NCBI GenBank assembly: GCA_965153355.1 | Contig: OZ231126.1 | Coordinates: 14,570,001 to 14,634,000, forward strand | Reading direction: 5' to 3' | DNA from: Flaccisagitta enflata | Taxonomy: Eukaryota | Length of the DNA: 64,000 nt | Part shown: positions 28,542 to 43,145 of the stretch, in pieces | How the letters are laid out: each line of letters opens with the position of its first letter | Position numbering within the stretch: position 1 is the first letter of the stretch | Notes under the pieces: generated by a model | The model's database searches: none | The model's input: the letters and a program-made list of their open reading frames with translations, nothing else | What the model was told of the DNA's origin: nothing | Made by a program: the position numbers and the translations under genes

Positions 28542-29292
28542 GAAGAAGAAGAAAAAGAAGAAGAGGATGAAAAATTGAGGAAAAAGCCTCATTTTCCTTT
28601 AATTTTTTTGTCAATTTGGATGAAATAAATTGGTCGAAATCATCAAAACCGAGCTGAAGGTAAAGGTTTGACTATTTTTTTTTTGAAAATAGCATGTTCG
28701 TGACATTTTTTAAACAATAAAACCGGTCTAGCATCAATAAAACTAGAAGATAAGGGAAGAAAAAATGATTGCTTCTTACTACCTTCTTACAACCGGAAAA
28801 ATCATCGTTTTGCACACATGCAACCCAGATTTTGCATAGATTTTTGTTTTTTTAGTATCTTGATACATTATTTTACCATTTACGACTAGAGTTTTGACTG
28901 AATTCAAAGCTTTGATTTTTGGACACTCTGGACCCCTATTTTGGCCCCTTCGCTGGCACCTTGTCTTACTAGCTATTGCACTTACGCACTAGCGCACTTT
29001 GTGTCTTTTTTTTTCTTTCAATTCTGATTTTTTTTTCTTTTTCCCTTCTTTCATTCATTTTTGTGTCTTTGTTTGCTTTTTCGTTTCCTTGTTTCTTCTC
29101 CATTCTGACCATCTATCCCTCTTTCTATCTTTCTTTTTTCTTTCATTCTTTCCTTCTTTCCTTATTTTTCATTTAATTTGTAGCCATGGTTTCTTTTTAT
29201 AAATAATTTTCATGTTATCTTACATCTGTCTACATAATTGTCTCTGTCTCCCTCTCCCTCTCCCTCTTTATTTTTTAATGGACGTCTATTAA

Positions 29293-29501
<209 letters not shown>

Positions 29502-29729
29502 TTCTCTCTCTCTCTCCATCCACTTTCCAAGAGGTCTTTGGGGTCTCTCTTCTAATGCATAGATGGCTTAATTTGGTTTATAAACGAAAGAAGAGTAGTT
29601 GCAACAACCAGAGGAACACCTAAAACCGTTTTGTGCAATAGACTAATGGTTCCGACCATTTTCCACCATTTTTTCAATCTGTTTATTTGAATTTTCCTAC
29701 GTCATTGATGGTATTCAAAGTGAGTTATC

Positions 29730-30544
29730 CACGCATCCCAGGAACAAACCCTTGGTGGAAAAAAAAGGCCAAGTGTTATGAACCCCCTGAACATGTTTTA
29801 CATTGTATTAGAGGTAAAAATAAAAAGAATTGGCTTGGAAATATAGCATTTATAGCTTTATATTAGCAAAATTAATGCATTTTGAAGCATTTTTTATGCT
29901 GAAAAAGGAAGTCACATCTTCCAAAACTTCAAAAAACTACTGAGCAGGGTGGCAACCATTGCTGTAAACAAACTTTCACCCTATCGAGCTAGTTTGGAGG
30001 GATATCAACCTATTTAGCACAAAAAAATACTAAAGAACAGCAAAAAAAGGATTTTCTAAGCAAGAAATTATGACTATTTTTTTCAAAAATTCAGAAAAAT
30101 ACAAAAAATGTATGATAACAGTATAAATACCCATATTTGAGTCTCTGACGACTAGATAGAAGAAATGAATTATAAATCAGGGCTTAAAAACAGCTAAAAC
30201 AGACTTAAAAAAACGAATTTGTTGTTTTTTAGCAGTTTTTTTGCTTCAATTTGTACAAGATGCCTCTGAACAAGTTAAAAGGAGTTAAAATATTATTACA
30301 GCAGCTATTGCCACACTATCCAACTATTTTTTCCAACTTTTTAAAAGAAAAACTATAATTTTTAGCTTAAAATGTCCTTAAAAGTACTCTATTTTTGTTA
30401 TTATTAAGCTACAAATGCTATATTTCCAAGCCGATTTTTTTCATTTTTGATTTTGATTGTACCTAATACAGTGTACAACATGCCTAGGGGGTTCACAACG
30501 CTTGGCCTTTTTTTTCCACCAAGGGTTTGTTCCTGGGATGCGTG
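29730..30544. mobile_element. Chapaev/CMC-like foldback MITE
   Basis: CAC...GTG ends, 4-bp TSD tatc, long imperfect TIRs (cacgcatcccaggaacaaacccttggtggaaaaaaaaggccaag...). Confidence 0.8.
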
Positions 30545-30700
30545 TATCGGATATTCTTTTTCTGTTTCTATTCAGCGTTTGTTTAACAGGCGCCCATGAA
30601 TAAGTTCGGTGATGTTTTTCATGCATCATGAAATATCTTTTTTATACAAACTGATACAATTTCAATACATGGCAGACAAAATCGATTAATTGGAGACGTA

Positions 30701-31311
30701 CCATCTAGCTCATAAATATACGGACAGCTGGAGAAAAATAAGCATTTTGGCTCACTGTCTGAAAAATATGTTCATATAAATTAATTTTTAGTCATCATAG
30801 GGTATTTTGATCCAACAAGTGCTTCTGTTTAGAGTTTCTATCTGATTGGTCTATGATTTTTTAATTCAAATCAGTGTAACCTGAATTTATTAAAAAGTAA
30901 CAAAAAACATTGATTTCTTTTTCATTTTCTTTTGATAAAAGATAATTTTGGAGAAATATGTTAAACCGCTGCCTTCAACTTTTTTCAACACAAAAGAAAT
31001 TTGGTAAAAATGTGATCTAATGAGGTCAAGCAGAATGATTTTTGCCAATCCATTTGGATTTAAGAGCTGTTTCTATAAAAGTCGTCCGTTGTCAATATGA
31101 ACTGAAAATCTCTGAATTTGATTTTGGTAAAACAACTGTTTTTCTTAAAAACGCTGTCATTTCCAAACGGATTGAGCCACTAAGCTCTGCTTGGTCTTGA
31201 ATGGAAGACTTTTTGTTATAGTTTGTTGATCTGCTTTCATTTTTGTATTGAATATTGAAGTTTAGCTGCTATGGACATGAGTAGGTGTCAGTATATTTAT
31301 GAGCTAGATAG
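30701..31311. mobile_element. TA-TSD MITE (~611 bp), related to 5090-5686
   Basis: TA|ccatctagctcataaatatac ... gtatatttatgagctagatag|TA; shares attgagccactragctctg with the 5090 element. Confidence 0.8.
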
Positions 31312-32085
31312 TATATTACATTTTGACAACTTACCAACGGAGCCGCTCAGCAATATAAAGCATTACACCATCATCATAGTCGATTTTACTTCCTGGGGTG
31401 CCGAGGTTACTAACTGCATGCCACGCGAACAAGACCACGTTTTGTCGTCACACATTTTTTCCCTTAACACACAGCAGAATTTGTGGCCCAAAGGTAATAT
31501 GTGATCAGCAATACCCGTTGCCCTAAAGGAGACAAAGTCCTGTAAGCACATGGGTACTTTTATCCATTTGTTCATCCATCCATTTCTTTGTTCTGAGAGG
31601 GCTGATTTAAGGCCTAAGTTGGCTGGTTTGAGGCCACAGAGAGCTCGTCTGAGGCCTGAGAGGGCAAATTTCAAGATACTAATTGACTCATAAAAAAAGC
31701 CGCACTATTAAATGGCAAATTGTCATACTGAATTTCAAAATAACTAATTGAAATCTTAGACCATTAAAAAGCTCTTGAAAAGATCTTTCATTTGGCTCCA
31801 ATCTGGAAATTCTAGCTTTATTCGTTTAGAAATGGCATAAGAATGAGTAAAAACATTGCCATTTTCAGTTTGCAATCCTATTGAAAAATGAGCATTTTTA
31901 CAAATTAGAAGATATCTTTGACAAGCTCCAGCTCCTTAACCATTTGAGATACAGATTTGGGATTGGTCTACAATGAAAGAAAATTTGAAAATCTTTGAAA
32001 TTACTTCAACAAAAAATGTTCTAATCATTTGTTTTTCTTATTCTTCAACTCAAAATAGGGTGCGGTTTTTTTTTTGAGTCGAATA

Positions 32086-32677
32086 ACAGGGTGTGCAAAA
32101 AATTTGGTATTTACATATTATAACAAAAACCATACCTCCAGATAGCCTAACAAGATGAAATTTGAAAGAGAATCTCACAATTGCTACTAGTGCTAGATTA
32201 CATAGGTTTTGTGTTCAACTTCCCTGGTATGCAAAAAAATTAGTTATGCTGAAAAAAATACTTGCCAAATTCATGGGATTTTTACAGGAAAAAATATAGC
32301 AAAGAACAGCGATTATGTTCAGCAAAAAATGATATACAGGCAGGTATCCCAAAGTGGTAATGGGACACTGATGTACTTTAATCAAACAGCACAACCGTAA
32401 TTTCCAAAAATTTAGTCTATGCATTTTAAAAAACCTGCATAAACAATCTTGAATCTATCAACACTTTTCTTTGTCCATTTTGGCCAGCATTTTTAGGACT
32501 ACTTCAGATGGGCCTTTCTTACCCTCTATCTATTGAAATCTTTGCTGCCTATCCTCTTATAAACATTTGAAATTAGTAAATCAATATAACTGACTTTTAC
32601 TTTGATATAAAAGTATCTGTAAAAGATGGTTTTTAAATGCTTTCCTCAAAAAATACCAATTTTTTTGCACATCCTGT
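32086..32677. mobile_element. TA-TSD MITE whose right end is tandemly duplicated (~32522-32895)
   Basis: acagggtgtgcaaaaaatttggtattt ... aaataccaatttttttgcacatcctgt|TA; ~187-bp direct repeat covering the right end. Confidence 0.65.
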
Positions 32678-33181
32678 TAGTAGACTAACAAAGTCCCCCT
32701 GTGTTCTACCCTCTATCTATTGAAATCTTTGCTGCCTCTTCTCTAATAAACATTTGAAAATAGTAAATCAATATAACTGACTTTAACTTTGATATAAAAG
32801 TATCTGTAAAAGATGGTTTTTAAATGCTTTCCTCAAAAAATACCAATTTTTCTGCACATCCTGTTAGTAGACTAACAAAGTCCCCCTGTGTTCTACTGGA
32901 CTTTTCCTCCTATAAGGCCCCGTCCCAAAAAATGAGAATCATCATTGATCAACATTGGGTGTACTTTACGTTCACGTTAGTGCCCTCGAGCGATAGCCTT
33001 GACCACCCTTTTAAGGCTTTTATCTACTCGCGGTTAAGGCTGTTAGTCGTCTGCGGGTTTTTTACGCGTCTCTGTAAAGTGGGAAAATAAACTCGGAGTC
33101 GATTCGATTTGAAGGACGTGACCAGAATCAACGCCAAAATGTCTCCAAATTATCGCCTCCCGAATCTCTCTCCGTTTTTCC

Positions 33182-33622
33182 CATCACAGTGTCATTCTAA
33201 TGACAATGCTTAACCATCACAGCGTCATCCCCATGATAATACTTAATCATCATAGTGTCATCCCCATGATAATATTAACCATCACAGTGTCATCCCATGA
33301 CAATGCTTAACCATCACAGTATCATCCCCATGATAATACTTAACCATCACAGTGTCATCCCAATGACAATGCTTAACCATCACAGTATCATCCCCATGAT
33401 AATACATAACCATCACAGTGTCATCCCCATGATAATGCTTAACCATCACAGTATCATCCCCATGATAGTACTTAACCATCACAGTGTCATCCCAATGACA
33501 ATGCTTAACCATCACAGTGTCATCCCCATGATAATACTTAACCATCACAGTGTCATCCCAATGACAATGCTTAACCATCACAGTGTCATCCCCATGATAA
33601 TGCTTAACCATCACAGTGTCAT
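33182..33622. repeat. 33-bp minisatellite
   Basis: About 13 units of catcacagtrtcatccc(c/a)atgayaatrcttaac. Confidence 0.9.
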
Positions 33623-35151
33623 CTTCCTGCCATGACTGTGCCATTCGGGTGTGCCAATATGCAAAAGATTATTCTATGGAGATATCACACTAGGACAACA
33701 TGGGGCTACTAATCTTAGGGCCCTCACCGTTTTTCTTTTTTCATTTTTCGCTTATCTTCCGTTTTTTTCAAAACCCTTGTTTTAACCCTTATTTGCAAAT
33801 TGTTGTAATCCTGAAATCGACTTTATTTCATTTGCTTTGATTGTTGAGGAGTTCGAATCAATCTTTATGGCACTATATAGTGTAAAACTGAACAGCAGCC
33901 TACTTCATTCAGTCACGTCAAAAGTCTATTATCGTAGAATGATATTTCTTTGAGTAGAATATCTGTCTCTTGGCAAACAAGAGTGCAGACATACGATTTG
34001 ATTTGGATCGAAGAAAAAAACGGTTGCCGATGCAATTTTGAAAAAAGGAAAACGGTGATCGTCTTGTAATCAAAATCCCCATCTTGAGTCAGTGTTATGA
34101 TGTCGAAATCGATCATCACCCCTATTTGGCACACCTGACTGTGCCATAATTGTCCTATCACTTTACCATCAAAGTAACATCCCAAAAATTCCCCATGAGG
34201 ATTGATAATGCTTTTCCATCACAGTGTCATCCCCTTGTCATGACTGTGCCATCACTTACATCATCACAGGGTCATCAGAGAAGCATCATGAATATCTGAG
34301 TTCATTGATCCCACACAGTCTCCACTATGCCACTGCAGTTGCTTCATGATAGAACCTCAGTGATACATGTGTCATCAGTGAATCGTCACTCCATCATCCG
34401 GGCTTCCGAGTGCCATCGCAACGCCATCTCAGCGCCTTCCATATCTCTCTTGTGGCCATCTTTGTTTGGAAACGCAGAAAAGTGCGCCATAACTAATTGA
34501 TAATTCATTCCTGACAGAATGAGTTTTACAGGTTTTTCAAATAAATTTGATCAAATTTCACAAATCAAACTGTCTAGATGAGTCCTCGCATCTCCATAAG
34601 AGGGTGTGTCCCTAGGCAGGAAGGAAGGCAATTTTCTTGACACAATTTTGAGTTTTTTCTCTTAATTACTTTATCTCTTATCCCTTATATCATCTGTTAT
34701 CGAAAGAGGACACATCTATTGGACATCTCTTGCCCTTGTTCTCAAACAAACTTGCTGGCTAATGGGTAGATGGCGGCCTAAAATTGTTGTTTGAGGTGAA
34801 TTTTTCAAGTTAGTTTTTTTTCTAGATTTTAAGAAAGTACAAATTCTTTTTTTCATCCATAAGAAAGGACGACTTGAAAGGTAAATGATGTTTTCACGTG
34901 TTTCACTCTAAAATAACTCCGAGGACCACAGACACGTATTTTGAAACAAGCCAGTTCTTGGAAAAGAGATGCGTGCATTACATTTTGCTGTGACAAGAAC
35001 TTTGGCGTGTACACGCAGACTCGCTAGAAAGATGTGCGGATTTACACGCATGCGCGCGCACAGCCAGTCAAGTCAAATAAGGCGGTCGCCCGAGATATCA
35101 GTCACCTGATTCTGACATGGTTAATCCTATCGCGCGACGTTTGACAATTTC

Positions 35152-35185
<34 letters not shown>

Positions 35186-35457
35186 AACATCAGGGGAACT
35201 CTTGCATTAACCCCTCTTTTACCCTTTCTACCCTTGTCGTTATTGACAAATGCTCTGTAACATCTTTGCTTTTTCTTTGTCGTTTTTCAAACTTCTGTCT
35301 GTCTAGCAGTGCGTCTATCGGTTCCTATCAATTTGTCTGACTATTTTGACTACTGAGTTTTGTAATGTTCTATCTGTTCGTCTGTTCCACAATCGCACTG
35401 TGTATGTGTGGTGTGTTCAACACCTAGTATACATTTGTATACCTAGTTTACATTTGT

Positions 35458-35587
<130 letters not shown>

Positions 35588-35744
35588 TTGTCTGTTTGAG
35601 AGTGTTTCACTTTTTGTTTTCTGAGCTTTTTAGATGCGTCCTCGCATCTCTATAAGAGGGTCTGTCCCTTGGTAGGAATGTCTGTCTGTGTGTCCGTAAC
35701 GCGAAAATTTCAAAACACGATTTTCAAGGTTTTCTCTTCATTTC

Positions 35745-36425
35745 TCTTCATGTTTCCTCTTGTCTCTTATATTTCTTTTGTCTCTTTCATCTCTTTCGTC
35801 TCTTTTGTCTCTTTTGTCTCTTTTGTCTCCTACAGGTCTCTTATGTCTTCTATGTCTCCTATATGTCTCTTATATCTCTTTTGTCTCTTATTTCTCTTAT
35901 GTCTCTTATGTCTCTTATGTCTCTTATATCTCTTATGTCTCCTATGTCTCTTATGTCTCTTATGTCTCTTTTGTCTCTTTTGTTTCTTTTGTCTCTTTTG
36001 TCTTCTTCATGTCTCTTATGTCTCTTACGTCTCTTATATCTCTTACTTCTCTTATGTCTCGTATATCTCTTTTATCTCTTATGTCTCTTATCTCTCTTAT
36101 GTCTCTTCATGTCTCTATTTGTCTCTGATGTCTCCTCATGTTTCCTCATGTCTCTTCATGTCTCTCCATATCTCTCCATGTCTCTCCAAGTCCCTTCATG
36201 TCGATTTGTGAGAATGAGGCGGGGGGGTGTGGGGAGGTGTGGGGGGAGGCGTGGGGGGGAGGGGTGGGGAGGCGTGGGGGAGGGGTAGGGAGGCGTGGGG
36301 GAGGGTGGGGAGGCGTGGGGGAGGGGGTGGGGAGGCGTGGGGAAGGGGTGGAGGCGTGGGGAGGCGTGGGGAGGGTTGGGGAGGGGTGAGGAGGCGTGGG
36401 GGGGGAGGGTGGCGTGGGGGGGGGG
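35745..36425. repeat. Degenerate 9-bp tgtctctta array followed by a G-rich ggggaggcgtgg array
   Basis: Visible tandem units; lies within a HINE-like element starting at ~35628. Confidence 0.75.
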
Positions 36426-37052
36426 GAGAGAGAGGAATCGGTTTATATCTTTCTCTTTTTCTCTGAATCTTTTTATTTTCATATTATTATATCTTAATAT
36501 CTTAATAAATTGTATGATAATATCTTACGTCTAAAGAGGACGCATCTATTGGACATCTCTTGGCCTTGTTATCTTGTCAGGAGAGAGGAATAGAAAGAAG
36601 GGAGGCAGATTCCGACCAGGAATCCATCGGAAATAAATTTGCGATTGTCGACCGAACGTTGCTCTTTTATCCGTATCGATGGTGGCTATTCAGTGTGAAT
36701 ACCTGGTCTTCTGCTTGTTCAAGTGGCGGATGAATCCTAGTTACGTGGACATTGTGATCCCAAAGTGTGGATCTTACCGCTTGCTCGTGGGGCCGATGCC
36801 CAGCGCTTGTACGGCCGTCACGGCCTGGAATCGTGGCCGGTTTCGCTTCGCATGCGCTCTCCAGCCCCAACTTCCGGTCTCTGTCGTCTGTCGCCATTTC
36901 ACCGAGCTGAGCTTCTAGCTTCTGTGGCTTGTCTTATCATCGCTGCCAATCCAATTCCGAATATCATTACCATTATCATCCATCATAGAATCTCGCCCAT
37001 TTCTGCGGCTGACACTTGTCTCTCCGTTTGGTTCTATTGCCATGTTTGTGAT

Positions 37053-37256
<204 letters not shown>

Positions 37257-37339
37257 GGTGTGTGTGCATCTACCTATACCTATACCTATGTCTATCTTTC
37301 AATCTCTGCTTGTCTCTCTTTGTCCCTGCCTTTGTCTCC

Positions 37340-37514
<175 letters not shown>

Positions 37515-38298
37515 GTTCAATAGATTCACGGCTGGATGAAGCAGTTCAATGAAGCGGAAATGGAAACGATTCCAATTGGCCTTTAAAAGGACCTCAGTTG
37601 AAATTAGCGAAGCGTGCACTTTTCCCGCCCCAACGACTTGGCTGGTCATTCGCGTCCGATCGTTAACGACCGATTCGCGGGTTATCGTTCGCGGCCGTTG
37701 TAAGGTGCTTGCGTTTGTTGCGCAGCTGAGGTCATGATCAAGTCATATGACTCTTTTGCTGACCAGCGCAATTTTTCTCTCTCTCCGTGATTTGAACGTT
37801 TTAACGCAATTCGCGAGGAAGGAATTACGATTATATAACTCTTCCTCCCCTACAATCTTCCCATATGTAATTAACTAATTATGTTATTTATGTAAACCTT
37901 GCATGATAATGTATTTTTTATAGAGCAGAAAATCAAACTATTCTTCGACCGGTTGGGGATGAATATCAAAGACCAAGTAACAAACAAGTGACGCGGGGTC
38001 ACAATATCGGAGCGGACGGTTGGGCAGGGGCATGCAACCCCCATCCATACCTTCCCTCACCTCAGGCTCACTCGAACGCACATACAATCACAACTGCAGC
38101 ATCAAAAATGCGCGTTTTCACACTTTTCGACTCGATCATCACAGACCAACGGACTGACCAACAGACGGACCATTAGACGGACTGACGGAGAGCCTCTTAT
38201 AGAGCAAATCGAATGAAAGAAAGAAAGAAAGAAAGAATGAATGAATGAATGAATGAATGAATGAATGAATGAATGAATGAATGAATGAATGAATGAAT

Positions 38299-38329
<31 letters not shown>

Positions 38330-38546
38330 TGACAGAAACGGAGAAACATAGAAAGGAAAGCAGGAAAGAAAGAAAGAAAGCATTGAAAAGAACAAAGAAA
38401 GAAATTTCGTCAAGGCAGCGTGGCCCATCTGGGAGTAAAGACGCAAAAATAGAACTTGAGTTTGCCAAGCTTTTCAATGAAGGTGAAAATCGTTACGCCC
38501 CCTGGCCCTGGCATTGATCGCCAAAGAAACAAATTGCAGACCCAGT

Positions 38547-38590
<44 letters not shown>

Positions 38591-39018
38591 AGAGGAGAGA
38601 GAGCTGCGGTCATGTCCGTCAGTCTGGCTGTCGGTTTTCGCGACAGTCGACCTTGATTCTGATTGAAGGTTGCGTCATGGCGAGTGTCATCGTTATCGTT
38701 AATGATACATCGTTATCGATAAAGATTTGATTCAAAATCAACCAAACCCATGCCAAACCTCTTTCTCCCTCCGCCCACCCCCCACCCTCATCATTGCAAG
38801 TTGCTTACTAACACGAAAGCGCAACGGAAATTAATTTTACCGATTTCCTCTTGCAGCGCGGTCCTTTTTACGCAACTCTACAAGAGGTTTGTCCGTCCGT
38901 TGGTCCGTCCGTTGGTTCGTCCGTCGGTCCGTCCCTCGGCCCGTCGGTCCGTGAGCACGAGTCGAAAAGTGGGAAAACGCGCATATCCGCCCCTGCCCAC
39001 CTGTCCGCAACTGGTGGC

Positions 39019-39614
39019 CAGGCCTCTTGATTTTGGAGTAGCGAGCAGCTTCTCGGCAGGTCGGCAGATCCCAAAGATAGAAGATGAAGAAAGAAGAAAG
39101 AAAAAAGAAAAAAGAAAAAAGAAAAAGGAAAAAAGAAAAAAGAAAAAAGAAAAAAGAAAAAAGAAAAAAGAAAAAAGAAGAAAGAAGAAAGAAGAAAGAA
39201 GAAAGAAAGAGAAGATCAAGATGGAAATGATGGTAATTGCAGTCAGCATAAATATCATTTGCATATTGTAAAACATATCAACATCATCACGCATTTCATG
39301 TAGCCACCCGCCATAAAGTGCATATTGACGAATTAAATCTAAAAAAAAACATCCACTCCTTGGAGATATCATGGCCAATCTTGCTAGCACGAGTAATTGC
39401 GCTTGCATGTTATGATGAAGAAGTGCCAGCGTCGCCTGAGCTTGGTGGGAATTTGCCGGTAGCTGCAAGGCAAAGTCAACGTTTTGCGTTAAGGCAGCTG
39501 AATCTGCGGTGAAACGGCAGCCCTGTTTATTATCTGATGACCCTCATCCTCAGGTCGGCAGCGTTCAGGGAAAAATTTTTGCTTGTCGGCAGAAAAGAAC
39601 AATCAAGAGGCCTG
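39019..39614. mobile_element. hAT-like MITE
   Basis: Perfect 14-bp TIR caggcctcttgatt, 8-bp TSD ctggtggc; splits a HINE-like element. Confidence 0.9.
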
Positions 39615-42128
39615 CTGGTGGCCGTGTATCCGGCCTTGATTTCCCATTTCGTCCCTTTTTCGTGTAAATCAACATGAAGGTGGCCCTACTCAGTTGTCAC
39701 AAGTTTTATGCTAACTTGCCATGATAATATACGATTGATACAAGGGGAGTGAAGCAGAGAAACAATTTTTGAAACCAGTTACAGACAGTAATTGAAGGTT
39801 AATTCCGCGCATCGGGGTCCGCCCAAGAAACCCTGACTCTCCACCATTGTAGAAGTGTCATCGCTTCTGCTGCTATATTGAATAAGGTCACAAAGGTTGG
39901 GTGACATACCTAACTATCTGGTGCGCCATGCCAAACCAATTTTTGCTCCTCCAACTGCCCCTATGGGGTCCAAAACAGGGGTAGAAGGGCCTTTTTTGGC
40001 CTGTCCCGATTTTGTCCCTGTAAGCAAAAAGCTAGTTGAAGCAATCAAAAAATGTCAAGCAGAGTCATCCCATAGCTTGTAAGCCATCTCTATCTATCCA
40101 TTGATATGTGCAAAAAATTTTAACTCAATAACTCAACTGTAAGACAATAAAAAATGACTTCAAATTATAATACTCTTCCCCTTCATTTTTCTGTCATTTT
40201 TTTCTCAAAATGAGATAAGCCGACAGTTTTTTTTGTAAGCCTATGATTGTTCAAACATTAAGCATTTTTTCTTTTGTCATTGCATTAACAACTAGTTGAA
40301 CGACATTTCCTCCAAATTTCAAGGATTTTTTCCATTTCATTTTGGAGAAATCAACATTTTCCTAGAGCGTTACAATTCAGAGGTGCTCCTTGTTGGTGGT
40401 GTCACACTTGTGTCACACTATGATTCATACTCTGTCAAGGCATAGTAACATGATTAACGGAAAATTCATCAACATGATGAGGAAGATGGTGAAATTCTGT
40501 ACCTACACCTAAAATTTCAAGTCTTAACTCTAATTCGTTTGGTCACAATGAAATTACAAAGTTGATCAGTGTTGAAATAGGGAGTGAATTGTAACGCTCG
40601 CCGACGAAGCCTCGTAGTTAATTCTTTGTTTCCACACAGCGCTTCTCACACAAAGGCGCGATGCTTTTGTGCCTCAATTTAGTAAAATTTCTTAAAATTC
40701 AAATTGGCTTATCCCAAAAACTATTTGAGCTAGCCCGACGAAATTTTGCATGGTTGTTACCTAGATCAAGAGGGTTCTTCACCTATATTCTGGTGTGTCT
40801 TAAAGAATGCCGAGGAGTCCAGACAGACCAACCAACCTACCAGAAAAAAAAATTGAAAAAACGGCATAACTTTTGAAATAATTGTCCGACCTGGTTGAAA
40901 TTTTGCATGAAGCTTCCGTTAAAGATGCCTCGTCACTGGCATGAAACGGAGCTTGGCAAAAAATTTTTTTCCCGATCAACCCACCCAGCCAGAAATGGTA
41001 CTTATAGAGATTTTTTGAAAAAACTCAAAATTTTTAAAAAAAATTCAGAAACATGATCGTACATGATTGCTTAAACATATTCATCAAGAATTTGACTGTC
41101 ATATTGATTTCTTCATTGTTTTTAACTAAATTTATTATTAGTACGTTTGCAAAAACATGTGTAATTAGGCCTAATTTGTATGAAAAATGAGCTCACGTAA
41201 GAAAATCCAAGTATCAATTCATACATGATATAAGGCTAGCTACATGATGATGTATGGTTTTGTTCAATTTTCAACATTTTAAAATTGATGGATTTCACTC
41301 CGTCCACGGACCCTTTTCCATGACACTAACCTGAAGCCTCCCATCACATATATTTGAGAAAAAAAATTAAACCCTCCTCTGTATGCTCAAAGTTTAGAGA
41401 ATTTGTAGCATTTTCTATGGATTCTCAGGTGTGTTTTAAATGTTTCTACCTAAGACGGCAAATGTTTGAAGGAAAATGTAGTGTTTCCCCATACTTTTTG
41501 CATCATTATCAGGACAAGAATTAAGCTGGAATGCTTTTAGTGGACAAATTGTCTCTAAAGACACTTGTTGAATACATATTTATCATATTCAGATTCAAAA
41601 TGTGATTTCAACTATGCGTTTCACATGAATACAAGCGGGAAAATGATGTTTTTAGTCGCGGACAAGCGACTCTATAAGAGGCTTTGTCCGTCCGTTGGTC
41701 CGTCGGTCCGTCGGTCCGTCGGTGAGCACGAGTCGAAAAGTGGGAAAACGCTCATTTCCGCCCCTGCCCACCCATCCGCGACTGGTATTGGCCATGTATC
41801 CGGCCTTGTTAAGTGAATTTCTGCTTACACTTTTTTTTCATTTTCTGAGGTCTAAATTTTAAGAAAGCTAAACACAGGAAAATTTCGCATTTTGAAAAAT
41901 ATAGTTCTCTCTGTAATTGATTTGGGAAGAGAACTATGTTCTTTATTTTTTCATTTTATTGTTTCCTATGCAAATTTAGAATTTAGACCAGCCCCCTGTC
42001 AGTGACCAAAAATAAAATAAGTAAAACTTTTCATAAACAAGGCCGTATACACGGCTACCGAAGTCGCGTGCGGGTGGGCAGGGGCAGTGATAAAAAAGGC
42101 CTTTCAAGCAATTGGGCAGGTGCAGTAA

Positions 42129-42295
42129 CAGGGGTTCATATTTTAAAGAAGCGGGAAGCGCCGCTTCTCGGAAGGTGAAGGAATGTCGGAAGAACTTGAC
42201 AGAGGGAAGGAGGAAAGAGAGAATAAAAGAAAAGAGAGGAGAAAAGGGAGAGAGAAAGAAAGAAAATAAGAAAGAAAGAAAGAAAGAAAGAAAAA

Positions 42296-42342
<47 letters not shown>

Positions 42343-43145
42343 GAAAAAAGAAAGGAGGAAGGAAAGGGAGAGAGATGAGAATATAAATCGCAAGGGTCAT
42401 CATTTTCATTGGACATTGTGAAGGGATATCCAAACAACAAGAAAACAGAGCTCTGTACCAATTCCAATACATGCAGTTTTACCCCACTAGGTACCATGTG
42501 CAAACTAGAATTCGCTAATGTTATATAGTAATCATTCAGAACACCTAGCAAGTCAAGATCTTTTCAGTCACTGGACCTGTTACAGCATAATAGCTTTGCT
42601 GTCCCGGGACTTCAAGCCGACTAACAACCATTTCGCCGCGTTTCAGCAACGCATCATTTCATTTAAAGGAGATTCTTTCAGAATCTATATCATCAATATA
42701 AACCTTACTAGCGGAAGGCTACATGAACTTCATGACAAAATGCATAACATTTACATGTGCATAAGGTTTTTTTTTTCATTCACAATACAAAGAAATACAT
42801 TTAAGTTACAGTTTCAACTCTAATTGACAGTATTCCAAATCAACAAAATTACAATGGACCTGTCATCTTCAAAATGCAATATGCAAATGATATCATTGCT
42901 GATTTCAAACTTCTTTTGATTCCCTGTTATTTCTGTCTTTATTTTTTCCTTCTTTGTCTTCTTCTTCTTCTTCTTCTTCTTCTTCTTCTTTTAATTCTTC
43001 TTCTCCTTATTTCTCGACCCGACCATACCTTTGGTCCCATGTTGCTGCTTGCTGATCTAGAATCACCAGGACTGTGACATCAGTGTCGGAAACTTAAAGG
43101 GAAAAATTTTTGCCTCTCGGAAGATTTACAAAATATGAACGCCTG
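42129..43145. mobile_element. Non-autonomous hAT-like element, copy 2 (near-identical to 8512-9533)
   Basis: 8-bp TSD tgcagtaa; same TIRs; inserted within a HINE-like element. Confidence 0.9.

Noticed and set aside
33282-33644. His-rich 11-aa repeat ORF, CRISPR-like look, and repeated CACAGTG as an RSS array
   Set aside because: Pure 33-bp tandem repeat without unique spacers; no ACAAAAACC-like nonamer at 12 or 23 bp spacing.
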